Below, piece after piece: positions 49,359 through 58,726 of a DNA stretch of 64,000 nucleotides (within the stretch, counting starts at the first letter, position 1; each line of letters opens with the position of its first letter). The DNA lies in assembly GCA_025462645.1 (NCBI GenBank), contig JAOAPB010000007.1:58573-122572 (forward strand). Reading direction: 5' to 3'. The notes under the pieces are model-generated. The model was not told the origin of the DNA. It did no database searches and saw only the letters and a program-made list of their open reading frames with translations. This DNA comes from Edaphobacter sp. (GTDB lineage Bacteria; Acidobacteriota; Terriglobia; Terriglobales; Acidobacteriaceae). The position numbers were made by a program, and so were the translations under genes.

Positions 49359-49973
49359 ATGCTGCGTCCGACGCTTCTGCTGCTGATGCTGGTTCTACCA
49401 CGACCGAGTGCCGCGCCACCGGCCCCTGTAGCTCCGTCCGACGATGCCCCGAGCTATACAGCGGATGGTCAGCTGAAGTTCCCGAAAAAGTACCGGGAGT
49501 GGGTTTTTCTCACTTCAGGCATCGATATGAGCTACAACCCGAAGGCGACTGCGGCCTCGCACTCCATGTTTGACAACGTCTTCGTGAATCCATCGGCCTA
49601 CAGATCATTTCAAGAGACTGGGACGTGGCCGGATAAGACGATGCTGGTTTTGGAGAATCGCGGTGCAGAGAATGACATTTCGATTAACAAGCGGGGAAAG
49701 ACCCAGTCTGCCGAAATGATGGGGTTTGAGGTTCACGTTAAAGATGCATCGCTTGAAGGGGGATGGGGGTTCTTCGGGTTTGACAATCCGGAGAGCGCGA
49801 AGCTGATAAAACGGCCGGCGGCGTGTTACTCGTGCCATGAGGAACACGCGGCTGTGGATACGACCTTTGTCCAGTTTTATCCGACGCTGTTTGAACTGGC
49901 TAAGAAGAAGGGTACCGTCAGCGCAGCCTATCTGCATGAAATAGCTACGCCGAGTGTGCCTAAGACCAAATAA
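49359..49973 (+). CDS. Cytochrome P460 / c'-beta family protein
   Basis: Signal peptide; P..YREW, VFVNP, VKD...GGWGF, C-terminal CYSCH, FVQFYP. Confidence 0.85.
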   Translation: MLRPTLLLLMLVLPRPSAAPPAPVAPSDDAPSYTADGQLKFPKKYREWVFLTSGIDMSYNPKATAASHSMFDNVFVNPSAYRSFQETGTWPDKTMLVLENRGAENDISINKRGKTQSAEMMGFEVHVKDASLEGGWGFFGFDNPESAKLIKRPAACYSCHEEHAAVDTTFVQFYPTLFELAKKKGTVSAAYLHEIATPSVPKTK

Positions 49974-50002
49974 CCAAGCCTGTGGAGATACAGCCGGGCT
50001 TC

Positions 50003-51148
50003 TTATCTGGACTGAAAGATCAGTGAGGCAAAGCGCACGAGGCTCTCCCTCCAGACGATATAGCTATGCAATCCGGGACGCTCTTCCGTCGTAACGGAGA
50101 GTCCCTTCGACCTGAGCCAGCCGGTGAGCTTGCGATTACCGCCAATCAGGTCGTCACCGGCTCCGCAGGTGATCCAGATCAGGCTGAGATCTGCGGTCTT
50201 CGGGTCAAACGTGGCGAGCTGACTGGTATAGTTGAGCCCATCAAGGGCAGAGCTGACGCCGCCGATCCACGCGAACTGGCTGGTGTGGTTCAAGCCAATG
50301 GCGAGGCTCTCAAGTCCACCCATGGAGGCGCCGATGATAGCCCGGTCGCTGCGATTCTTCGAGACGTTGTAAAGATGTTCGACCTGAGGCAGCACCTCCG
50401 TAAGCAGAGCCTGGCTGAAGAGCCTCAGGTTGTGGTCTACGGTCGCCGGATCGTCCCAGACGGCATAGTCGGCGGCGAATTTCATATCTCCATAACCCAG
50501 AGGCATCACCACCACCATCGGCTTTGCCCTGCCCTGTGCGATCAGGTTGTCGAAGATGATGTTCGCCTGACCGAAGCGATTCCAGCTATCCGGCCGGTCG
50601 CCCCAGCAGTGCAGCAGGTAGAGGACGGGATAGGGCTTCGCCGCCTTGGCTTTGTATCCTGGGGGGGTATAGACGACGTATTCGCTCTGGTTCTCCGGCA
50701 GGCCGAGGACGATCTTCGTCGTGTAGGTGTGGCGGGTGATGTTCCCGTGGGAGACGCCGCCGACCTCCCAGGGTTGCGGCGGGTTACCCGACACTGTGAT
50801 GAGGTTGTTGGCATAACGCACGGCGGGGTTCTGCGGATCGTGATGCGTCTTCGGCTGCCCGTCCACAGAGAAACGGTACCCGTAGATCTCCGGTTTCAGC
50901 GGAGGCGTCGTAACGCTCCAGATGCCCGAGCTGCCCCTCCGCATGGACAGTTTGCCAGGCCTATCTTCGAGGATGAGCTCTACCCTGGCGGCGCTGGGAT
51001 CGTCGTAGCGGAAGGTGACGCTTCCGTCCGCATGAACCTCGGTGGATTTGAAAGCAGGAGCCTGCTGGGCCGAGAGGATAGCCGGGGTCGACACCGCGAA
51101 CAAAAGAAAAAGAGAGCTTACGCGGACAATGCGAGTGGCGAGCTTCAT
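50003..51148 (-). CDS. Secreted CE1-like esterase with N-terminal E-set domain
   Basis: VYTPPGY, YPVLYLLH, GASMGG, PGLHSY. Confidence 0.87.
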   Translation of the reverse strand: MKLATRIVRVSSLFLLFAVSTPAILSAQQAPAFKSTEVHADGSVTFRYDDPSAARVELILEDRPGKLSMRRGSSGIWSVTTPPLKPEIYGYRFSVDGQPKTHHDPQNPAVRYANNLITVSGNPPQPWEVGGVSHGNITRHTYTTKIVLGLPENQSEYVVYTPPGYKAKAAKPYPVLYLLHCWGDRPDSWNRFGQANIIFDNLIAQGRAKPMVVVMPLGYGDMKFAADYAVWDDPATVDHNLRLFSQALLTEVLPQVEHLYNVSKNRSDRAIIGASMGGLESLAIGLNHTSQFAWIGGVSSALDGLNYTSQLATFDPKTADLSLIWITCGAGDDLIGGNRKLTGWLRSKGLSVTTEERPGLHSYIVWRESLVRFASLIFQSR

Positions 51149-51208
51149 GCGGGCCAGTCTAATTGAAGCTGCTCCGCTACCCTGAACGACTCAGGATAGC
51201 GGAGGTAG

Positions 51209-52348
51209 TTATTTGCCCTGAAAGAGTAACGGCGCAAAGTGGGTGAGGTTGTCGCGCCAGACCATCCAGGTGTGCATGCCGGGAGTCTCAATCTGGGTGA
51301 CGGGCATATTCCTGCTCTTCAGGAAGTCGATCAGCTTGCGATTGGGATCGATGAGATGGTCCTCCGTTCCGCAGGCGATCCAGAGCAGGCGAAGATTAGC
51401 TGCTTTCGGGTCGAGGCTGCCGAGTTGCTTCTCGAAGTCGAGGTTGTGTACCGCAGAGCTGAAGCCGCCAACCCAGGCAAACTTGTCGGCATGTGTGAGG
51501 CCGGCGGTCAGGGATTCAAGGCCTCCCATCGAGAGACCCACAATGGCACGGTCCTCACGCTTCTGCGAGACGTGGTACGCCGACTCGACCTGAGGCAGCA
51601 CCTCGGTGAGCAGCGCCTGCGTGAACAGGCTGGTGTTGTGATCGACCGTAGCGGCCTGGTTCCAGACACCGTGCTCGCGGACAAAGGACATATCGCCATA
51701 GCCGAGAGGCATTACCACGACCATCGGTTTGATCTTGCCCTGCGCCAGCAAGTTATCGAAGATCAGATTGGCCTGGCCTACCGCGGTCCAGCCCGAGGCG
51801 TCATCGCTCCAGCCGTGCAGCAGATAGAGCACGGGATAAGGCTTCTTCGACTTGGCATCGTAGCCCGGCGGCGTATAGACGATGTACTCGCTCTGGTTAT
51901 TTGGCAAGCCCAGTACAGTGGCGCTCGTGTAGAGATGGATGTTCAGGTTGCCATGCGGAACATTCGTAACCTCCCAGGGCTGAGGCGTCTCGCCCGGCAC
52001 GGTGAACATATTGGAGATGTCAACGAGGTTCCTGGTGACGCGCGGGTTGGCGGGGTCCAGCCGCTTGTCACCATCAGCCTCAAAATGATAGCCGTAGATC
52101 TCCGGTACCAGCGGTTGGGTCGTCACACTCCAAATGCCGGCGGCGTCTTTCTCCATTGGAATCGGGTTGGGAACACCATTGAGCGCGACAGAGACCTTGG
52201 TTGCCGCGGCGTCCTTGTACTGGAACGTAACCGTGCGGTCGGGGTGAACCTCAGTCGAATGAAAGGGAGCTTCGGTCTGAGCTGCGAGAAGGGCGGGGGC
52301 AAAGAGGAGCGTAAGTTTCAGGACGATACGCGCGCAGGTGAATTTCAT
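51209..52348 (-). CDS. Secreted CE1-like esterase, paralog of the adjacent gene
   Basis: VYTPPGY, YPVLYLLHG, GLSMGG, PGMHTW. Confidence 0.88.
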   Translation of the reverse strand: MKFTCARIVLKLTLLFAPALLAAQTEAPFHSTEVHPDRTVTFQYKDAAATKVSVALNGVPNPIPMEKDAAGIWSVTTQPLVPEIYGYHFEADGDKRLDPANPRVTRNLVDISNMFTVPGETPQPWEVTNVPHGNLNIHLYTSATVLGLPNNQSEYIVYTPPGYDAKSKKPYPVLYLLHGWSDDASGWTAVGQANLIFDNLLAQGKIKPMVVVMPLGYGDMSFVREHGVWNQAATVDHNTSLFTQALLTEVLPQVESAYHVSQKREDRAIVGLSMGGLESLTAGLTHADKFAWVGGFSSAVHNLDFEKQLGSLDPKAANLRLLWIACGTEDHLIDPNRKLIDFLKSRNMPVTQIETPGMHTWMVWRDNLTHFAPLLFQGK

Positions 52349-52409
52349 ATACGCGCCAGTGTAGCCGATGAGAGAACGCCGCTTCGATAGACGGCGCATA
52401 ATAAAGGGA

Positions 52410-53477
52410 ATGGCCTTTCGCTCTGGTTTCGTCTCCATCATTGGCCGGCCCAACGCCGGTAAGTCCACTCTCTTGAATGCCCTGCTGGGGCAGAAGCTGG
52501 CCATCGTCACGCATAAGCCGCAGACCACGCGGACTCGCATCCATGGCGTGCTTGAGGTTCCCCTGAAAAAGAAGGCCAAGGGAGAGCCAGGACACCCTGC
52601 GGCCCAGGTGGTGCTGGTCGATACGCCCGGCGTGCACAAGCCGGATACGCAGCTCGACCGCCGCATGATGCAGGAGGTGCATGATGCGCTGGAGTCACGC
52701 GATGCCGTGCTGTTCATCGTGGACGTAACCCATCGCCTGCCCCGCCTGGAGAAGGCTGCAGATGGGGAGAAGGCTGCCGGCAAGGCATTCACCGCGAACC
52801 GGCGGGCGATGTCGGCGGCGGAAGATGACTTTGCTCTTTCCCTGATCAAAAAGCTCGAGTGCCCGGTGATCCTGGTGCTGAACAAGATGGATGCGGTACG
52901 GAAAGAGGAGTTGCTGCCTCTGATCGCACACTGGAGCGCCCTGCATCCGTTTGCCGACGTCATTCCGATCTCGGCGCGAAAGAAAGAAGGGCTCGGTCTG
53001 CTGCTGGAGAAGATCGTAGGCCAGCTAAAGGAGGGGCAGCGATACTTCCCGAAGCATCAACTTACGGACCAACCGGAGCGATTTCTCGTCGCCGAACTCA
53101 TTCGCGAAAAGATTCTGCTGCTGACCGGCGAGGAGGTCCCCTACGCCACCGCCGTCGTTATCGAGCGGTACGAAGAGCCCGCCTCCTTGAAGAAGATGAA
53201 GGACGGCAAGCTTCCAGTGACGAAGATCGCCGCGGCCATCTACTGCGAGCGCACTGGTCAGAAGGCCATCCTCATCGGCAAACAGGGAGAGATGCTCAAA
53301 CGCATCGGCACAGCTGCCCGCAAGGATATCGAGTCGCTACTGGGGACCCGCGTCTTCCTCGAGCTCTTCGTCAAGGTGCAAGAGGAGTGGCGCAGCTCAC
53401 GCGGCTTCGTCGAAGACCTCGACTGGCGGCGGCAGCTGGAGCAGATCGCGGAGAAGCAATCGGCCGAAGAGAAGTAA
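52410..53477 (+). CDS. era: GTPase Era
   Basis: GRPNAGKS, QTTR, DTPG, NKMD, KH domain ILIGKQGEMLKRIG. Confidence 0.96.
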   Translation: MAFRSGFVSIIGRPNAGKSTLLNALLGQKLAIVTHKPQTTRTRIHGVLEVPLKKKAKGEPGHPAAQVVLVDTPGVHKPDTQLDRRMMQEVHDALESRDAVLFIVDVTHRLPRLEKAADGEKAAGKAFTANRRAMSAAEDDFALSLIKKLECPVILVLNKMDAVRKEELLPLIAHWSALHPFADVIPISARKKEGLGLLLEKIVGQLKEGQRYFPKHQLTDQPERFLVAELIREKILLLTGEEVPYATAVVIERYEEPASLKKMKDGKLPVTKIAAAIYCERTGQKAILIGKQGEMLKRIGTAARKDIESLLGTRVFLELFVKVQEEWRSSRGFVEDLDWRRQLEQIAEKQSAEEK

Positions 53478-53499
53478 GGTAGGCTCCGCTTCGAACAAG

Positions 53500-54900
53500 C
53501 TACTCCTTGACGCTAACGCCCAGTGCCTTCATCTTGCGGTAGAGATGACTCCGCTCCAGCCCCAAACCCTCAGCGGCACGGCTCACATTCCCATGGAACT
53601 CGTCGAGCTTCTTCAGGATGTAGTCGCGCTCGTACGCCTCCCGTGCCTCCAGCAGACTCGAGAACTCCTCGCCACGGGGATTGATACGCCCCGACTCCGT
53701 CAGCTTCCCTGGCCCGCGATAGACCAGCATCGGCAGATGCTTGCGTTCCACACGCTGCGTCTTGGGGTTGAGAATGATCACCCGCTCCACCAGATTGCGC
53801 AGCTCGCGAACGTTGCCCGGCCAGTGATACTGCTTCAACGTGGTTAGGGCATCCTCCGTCATCTCCACATGAGGCCGGCCGTACTGCTGGCCGAACTGCT
53901 GCAGAAACTCCTTCACCAGTAGAGGAATATCCTCCTTGCGGTCCCGCAGCGGCGGAACGAAGAACGGAATGACATTCAATCGGTAGAAGAGATCCTCGCG
54001 AAAGTTGCCGCGCGCAATCTCCTCCTCCAGATCCTTGTTCGTAGCCGCAATCACGCGTACATCGACGTGAACCGGATTCGACGCGCCCACCGGCAGAAAC
54101 CGCTGCTCATCGAGCGTACGCAACACCTTCGCCTGTGTCTTCAGGCTCATGTCGCCAACCTCGTCGAGGAACAGCGTCCCGCCATCCGCCCGCTCGAACG
54201 TCCCTCGCTTCTCGAGCGGCGCCCCCGGGCTACCGGTCGCAGCCGGCGAGGCTCCATGGCGGTAGCCGAACAACTCGCTCTCGATGTAGTCCTCCGGAAT
54301 AGCGGCGCAGTTCAGCTCAACGAACGGTCGATCCTTCCGCAGGCTCTCAGCGTGCATCGCGCGGCCAATCAGCTCCTTGCCTGTGCCGCTCTCGCCGAAG
54401 ATCAGCACCCGCCCATTCGTCGGAGCCATCAGCTTGATCTGTTGACGCAGCGCCTTCATCGGAACGCTGTTGCCCGTCACCGTTCCCTTCACCGCAAGCT
54501 GTCGCGAGAACTCCTGATTGTCCTCGCGCATCTGCCGCGCCTTCATCGCGTTCTTCAACACGATCAACGTGCGATCGAGCGAAAGAGGTTTTTCGAGAAA
54601 GTCGTATGCGCCCAGCTTGGTTGCCCGCACCGCTGCCTCGATCGTCCCATGCCCGCTGATGATGACGACCTCCGGGCCGTTGGTGCTGTCCAGCTCGCGA
54701 ATCGCGGCGAGGGTCTCCAAACCGTCACGGTCAGGCAGCCATATGTCCAGCAGAACCACGTCGTAGGCGGCATCGCGGAGCAGCTCCAGCGCCTCCGTCG
54801 CGGTGGCTGCCGTGGTCACCAGATAACCCTCCTCGCACAGGATGCCCTCCAGCGATTCGCGGATCTCGGCTTCGTCGTCGACGATCAACACATGATTCAA
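53500..54900 (-). CDS. ntrX: NtrX-like response regulator (REC-AAA+-HTH)
   Basis: LDIWLP, GESGTGKE, FLDEV, WPGNVREL, HLYRK; coupled to an NtrY-like kinase. Confidence 0.85.
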   Translation of the reverse strand: MNHVLIVDDEAEIRESLEGILCEEGYLVTTAATATEALELLRDAAYDVVLLDIWLPDRDGLETLAAIRELDSTNGPEVVIISGHGTIEAAVRATKLGAYDFLEKPLSLDRTLIVLKNAMKARQMREDNQEFSRQLAVKGTVTGNSVPMKALRQQIKLMAPTNGRVLIFGESGTGKELIGRAMHAESLRKDRPFVELNCAAIPEDYIESELFGYRHGASPAATGSPGAPLEKRGTFERADGGTLFLDEVGDMSLKTQAKVLRTLDEQRFLPVGASNPVHVDVRVIAATNKDLEEEIARGNFREDLFYRLNVIPFFVPPLRDRKEDIPLLVKEFLQQFGQQYGRPHVEMTEDALTTLKQYHWPGNVRELRNLVERVIILNPKTQRVERKHLPMLVYRGPGKLTESGRINPRGEEFSSLLEAREAYERDYILKKLDEFHGNVSRAAEGLGLERSHLYRKMKALGVSVKE

Positions 54901-57395
54901 GCTGCATCTCCATTTCCATTGCTGCCGGTAGCCAGCACACCTGCATCGGTATCGCCGTCGAGGCTGATTGCGGCTTTTAGTTCAATCGTGAACTTCGCTC
55001 CGGCAGGCTCATTCTTCTCCGCGCGAATGGTGCCCTGGTGCTCCTGAATAATCTTCGCTGCAATCGCAAGCCCCAGTCCCGTGCCTCGCTGCTTGGTTGA
55101 GAAGTATGGCAAAAAGAGCCGCTCTCGCATCTCATCGGTCAGCCCCGAGCCGGTGTCGGCGATCGTAAGCTCGACCATCCCGTTCTCCAGCAGCGCCGTG
55201 CCGATGCGGAGCTCGCGCAGCAGGCTCTGCTGCATGGCCTCGGCGGCGTTGTCGATCAGATTGCCCAGCGCACGCTTCAGAGCCTCCGGGTCGGCCATCA
55301 CCAGCGGAAGGCTGCCACTCATCTTCTTTACGATACGAATGTTCTGCATCCGCCCTGCGAAGAGAGCGAGTGAGTTTTCCACGATCGTATTCAGATCGGC
55401 GGGCTTGGGAAGCGCCGTGGGAAACTCCGCCAGCGCCGCAAACTGGTCCACCAGGCCACGCATACTCTCGACCGATCCGGTAATGACCTCGCTGCAACGG
55501 CGAATGACCGCAGGCGACGGAGACTCAATCGCATGCGCCGTCAGCGTGTCCGCCAGCCGGTTGATGTGGCGATGAATCTGCTCCGCGCTGAGGCTGATCG
55601 GCGTCAGCGGATTCTTGATCTCGTGGGCGACCCGGCGCGCGACCTCCTTCCATGCCGACTGTTTCTGCGCGCGCAGCAGCTCCGTGGCGTTTTCCAGTAC
55701 CACCACATAGCCCCGGTGTTCGCGACGGGCCGCATTAGCCGTCTCCAACAGAGCCACCGTCGCCAGCAGGTTCATCGTCCCGCCGAACCTGTCGTTCGCA
55801 GCCAACGTCACCTCGATCTCACTCGACGCGGAACCCATCCGGTGACTGCGATTGATCAGGCGGTCGATCACCTCCGCGACCTCGGGTGGAAACACCTCTT
55901 CCATCACCCGGCCCAGGAACGGTCGCTGTCCACCGGGGTCCATCATCTCGCTCAACGCCCTGTTGGTCAGCACGATCCGGCGATCTGTGTCGAGCGTCGC
56001 GACGCCGTTCGGAATGGTCTCGAGCATCGTCTCCAACTCGCCGCGGCGGGCCTCCAACGCAGCGTTGGCCGCGCTGAGTTGAATCGTCGACTCCCCCACC
56101 GCGCGACGGCTTCCCTCCAGATCGGCAGCCATATGGTTGAAGCTGCGAACCAGTTCACCCAGCTCTTCCGTGGCACTCTCCTTCACGCGATGGGCGTAGT
56201 CTCCTGCCGCGATGGCCTCCATCGCATCCGCGAGCGCCTCTACCGGCTTGGTCACCTGCTTCGAGAGATGGAGCGCCAGCCAGCTTGAGGAGAACAGTGC
56301 GAGGCTGGTCATCATCAGCAGCAACAGCGTGTAGAGATTCCTTATCTGTCGCCGCTCGCTATACAGCTTCCAGTACGCATCGGCCGCCGCGCGCAGGCGA
56401 ATCATCGCTGCGGCCATGCCGTAGGGCATCGGCAGGCCCACGACGATGGTTCCTCCCTGCTTCAAGGTGGCCGTGCCAAGCGCATAGTCCATCTCGCCAA
56501 GGCTGAAGACCGGCTCATCGTTGCGCTGGGCGGCGGCGAGAATGGCCGCATCGGTGGACTCGTTGAGCGAACTCCCGTTGCCTGTACGGCTGCTGTCGCC
56601 GTTGCCCCCCGAGCTTTGCTCCGGAAACCACGTCTTCACCTGCGCTGTTGCGCCATTGGGCTTTGGCATCTGGAAAGAGGCGACTGGCCGCTTGTTGCGG
56701 TAGACGATGGCAAAGCCATTCTGCAGCGTAGTCTCGCGCTGGCGAAGCACATTGTAGAGCGCTTCCCTATTCCAAAGGCCTGTGGCAACGGTATTGCCAC
56801 GTGTGAGCTTGTGCTCAGGGAGACGTGCGGGGGTACGGCCTGGCCGATGCTTCGAACCCGGCGTAGGTGCAGCTATGGGTCGACTTTCCGCGGAGGCAGG
56901 CTCTACTGGCTCCGGCAGACTCAATGCAATGGCGTTCGCCTCTGCCCGCGCATTGGCGGTCGTGTAGCGCGCCAGCTCCATGGCCATGCGATTGCTGTCG
57001 TCGCGCATCTCTGTGACCGGTTGTGAAAACCACCGGTCCACAGCGCGATTCATCAGCCCATAGCTGAAAGCGACCATAAAGGCTATGGGCAGAAAGCTCA
57101 CCAGCACCGCGCCCCACAGCATCCGCGTCCGCAGCCGTGTGCCCATCACGCGACTGCGCTGATCGGCGTAGAGCTTCAGAACATTGCGAACCAGCATCAG
57201 CAGGACAACGACGAAGAGGAGAAACGCTACAACCGAGAGCCCCGTGAAGACAAAGGTCTGCTCCGTAGTTGCCGGAGTCAGGAAGCTCACCTCCTGGTTG
57301 AAGGCATTGAGCGCAATCAGTGCAATCAGCAGCACCAGCAGGCATGTGCCAAACGTTATGCTCAGTAGCTTCCGCCGGTTCGTACTTACGGCCAT
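54897..57395 (-). CDS. ntrY: NtrY-like sensor histidine kinase (HAMP-PAS-HisKA)
   Basis: DRWF, AWKEVARRVAHEIKNPLTPI, NLIDNA, GTGLGL. Confidence 0.87.
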   Translation of the reverse strand: MAVSTNRRKLLSITFGTCLLVLLIALIALNAFNQEVSFLTPATTEQTFVFTGLSVVAFLLFVVVLLMLVRNVLKLYADQRSRVMGTRLRTRMLWGAVLVSFLPIAFMVAFSYGLMNRAVDRWFSQPVTEMRDDSNRMAMELARYTTANARAEANAIALSLPEPVEPASAESRPIAAPTPGSKHRPGRTPARLPEHKLTRGNTVATGLWNREALYNVLRQRETTLQNGFAIVYRNKRPVASFQMPKPNGATAQVKTWFPEQSSGGNGDSSRTGNGSSLNESTDAAILAAAQRNDEPVFSLGEMDYALGTATLKQGGTIVVGLPMPYGMAAAMIRLRAAADAYWKLYSERRQIRNLYTLLLLMMTSLALFSSSWLALHLSKQVTKPVEALADAMEAIAAGDYAHRVKESATEELGELVRSFNHMAADLEGSRRAVGESTIQLSAANAALEARRGELETMLETIPNGVATLDTDRRIVLTNRALSEMMDPGGQRPFLGRVMEEVFPPEVAEVIDRLINRSHRMGSASSEIEVTLAANDRFGGTMNLLATVALLETANAARREHRGYVVVLENATELLRAQKQSAWKEVARRVAHEIKNPLTPISLSAEQIHRHINRLADTLTAHAIESPSPAVIRRCSEVITGSVESMRGLVDQFAALAEFPTALPKPADLNTIVENSLALFAGRMQNIRIVKKMSGSLPLVMADPEALKRALGNLIDNAAEAMQQSLLRELRIGTALLENGMVELTIADTGSGLTDEMRERLFLPYFSTKQRGTGLGLAIAAKIIQEHQGTIRAEKNEPAGAKFTIELKAAISLDGDTDAGVLATGSNGNGDAA

Positions 57396-57460
57396 GCCGC
57401 GCCCTCCTCAGTGACCTGATTATAGGCGCGGCTGCTTGCTCTCTATGCTGTTTTGCGTGT

Positions 57461-58573
57461 CTACACGAGCTCCGTGACGCTCTTCCACTCACGCTTCTGC
57501 GCCGCAGCCACGGCCTCATAGGTCAGGACGCCGTTGTACGTGTTGACGCCCTCGGCGATCCCGTTGTCCTCGCTGATGGCGGCCTTGGCACCCAGTCGCG
57601 CCAGCTTCAGCACATAGGGGAAGGTCGCATTCGTCAGGGCAAGCGTCGACGTATTGGGAACAGCCGCCGGCATATTCGTCACACAGTAGTGCACCACGCC
57701 GTTCACCTCGTAAGAGGGATTGCTATGCGTCGTCGGATGCGCCGTCTCGATGCAGCCGCCCTGGTCGATCGCGACGTCCACAATCACCGCGCCCTTCTTC
57801 ATCTTCTCGACCATGGCCTTCGTGACGATCTTCGGTGCCGCTGCTCCCGGAATCAGCACGCCACCGATCACAAGGTCCGCCTCGCAAACGGCGCGTTCGA
57901 TGTTGTAGCTATTCGAGGCGACAGTGAACACGCGCCCGTTGAAGATATCGTCCAGCTCGCGCAACCGGTTCAGGTTCAGGTCCACCAGCGTGACCTTGGC
58001 CCCCATGCCGAGCGCGATCTTAGCTGCATTCGTTCCCACAATTCCGCCACCGATGATGCAGACATTCCCTGGAGGCACGCCTGGAACCCCGCCCAGCAGG
58101 ACACCGCGCCCGCCATGCTCCTTCTCCAGATACGCTGCGCCAACCTGCACGCTCATGCGTCCGGCCACCTCGCTCATAGGCGTCAGCAGCGGCAGCGCTC
58201 CGGTGCGATCTCGAACCGTCTCGTAGGCGATACCCGTAACTTTATTGACTAGCAAAGCGTCGGTAAGCTCCGTGAGTGGAGCAAGGTGCAGGTAGGTAAA
58301 TAAAACCAGCCCTTCGCGGAAGTACTTATACTCCTTTTCGACCGGCTCCTTCACCTTGACGATCATCTCGGAGAGCCGCCACACGTCGTGGGCAGAGCCG
58401 ACAATCTCCGCGCCGGCAGCCTGGTACTCATCGTCCGGCATCGCGGAGAGCGCTCCCGCCTTCTGTTCCACCAGAACCTTGTGGCCAGCTTCGACAAGCG
58501 CCTTGACGCCTGCGGGGGTTACACCTACTCGGCTCTCGTGGTCTTTTACCTCTTTGGGCACACCAATGATCAT
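57461..58573 (-). CDS. ald: Alanine dehydrogenase
   Basis: [42 protein letters not shown]. Confidence 0.96.
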   Translation of the reverse strand: MIIGVPKEVKDHESRVGVTPAGVKALVEAGHKVLVEQKAGALSAMPDDEYQAAGAEIVGSAHDVWRLSEMIVKVKEPVEKEYKYFREGLVLFTYLHLAPLTELTDALLVNKVTGIAYETVRDRTGALPLLTPMSEVAGRMSVQVGAAYLEKEHGGRGVLLGGVPGVPPGNVCIIGGGIVGTNAAKIALGMGAKVTLVDLNLNRLRELDDIFNGRVFTVASNSYNIERAVCEADLVIGGVLIPGAAAPKIVTKAMVEKMKKGAVIVDVAIDQGGCIETAHPTTHSNPSYEVNGVVHYCVTNMPAAVPNTSTLALTNATFPYVLKLARLGAKAAISEDNGIAEGVNTYNGVLTYEAVAAAQKREWKSVTELV

Positions 58574-58726
58574 TCTTCCTCCAACTAAGCTGTTGTTGAT
58601 TGTATCCATTGCATTCGCGCGGAGGGATTACACTGATCGCAATTCTGCACCATCAACAATGGCATGGCCATAATGGATTCATGTCGCTCTCAAAAAAATG
58701 ACTGATAGCCACAACCCACACTATCG

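Noticed and set aside
52349-52963. N-terminal extension of the esterase ORF (584 aa)
   Set aside because: Antisense to era; the signal peptide begins at 52348.
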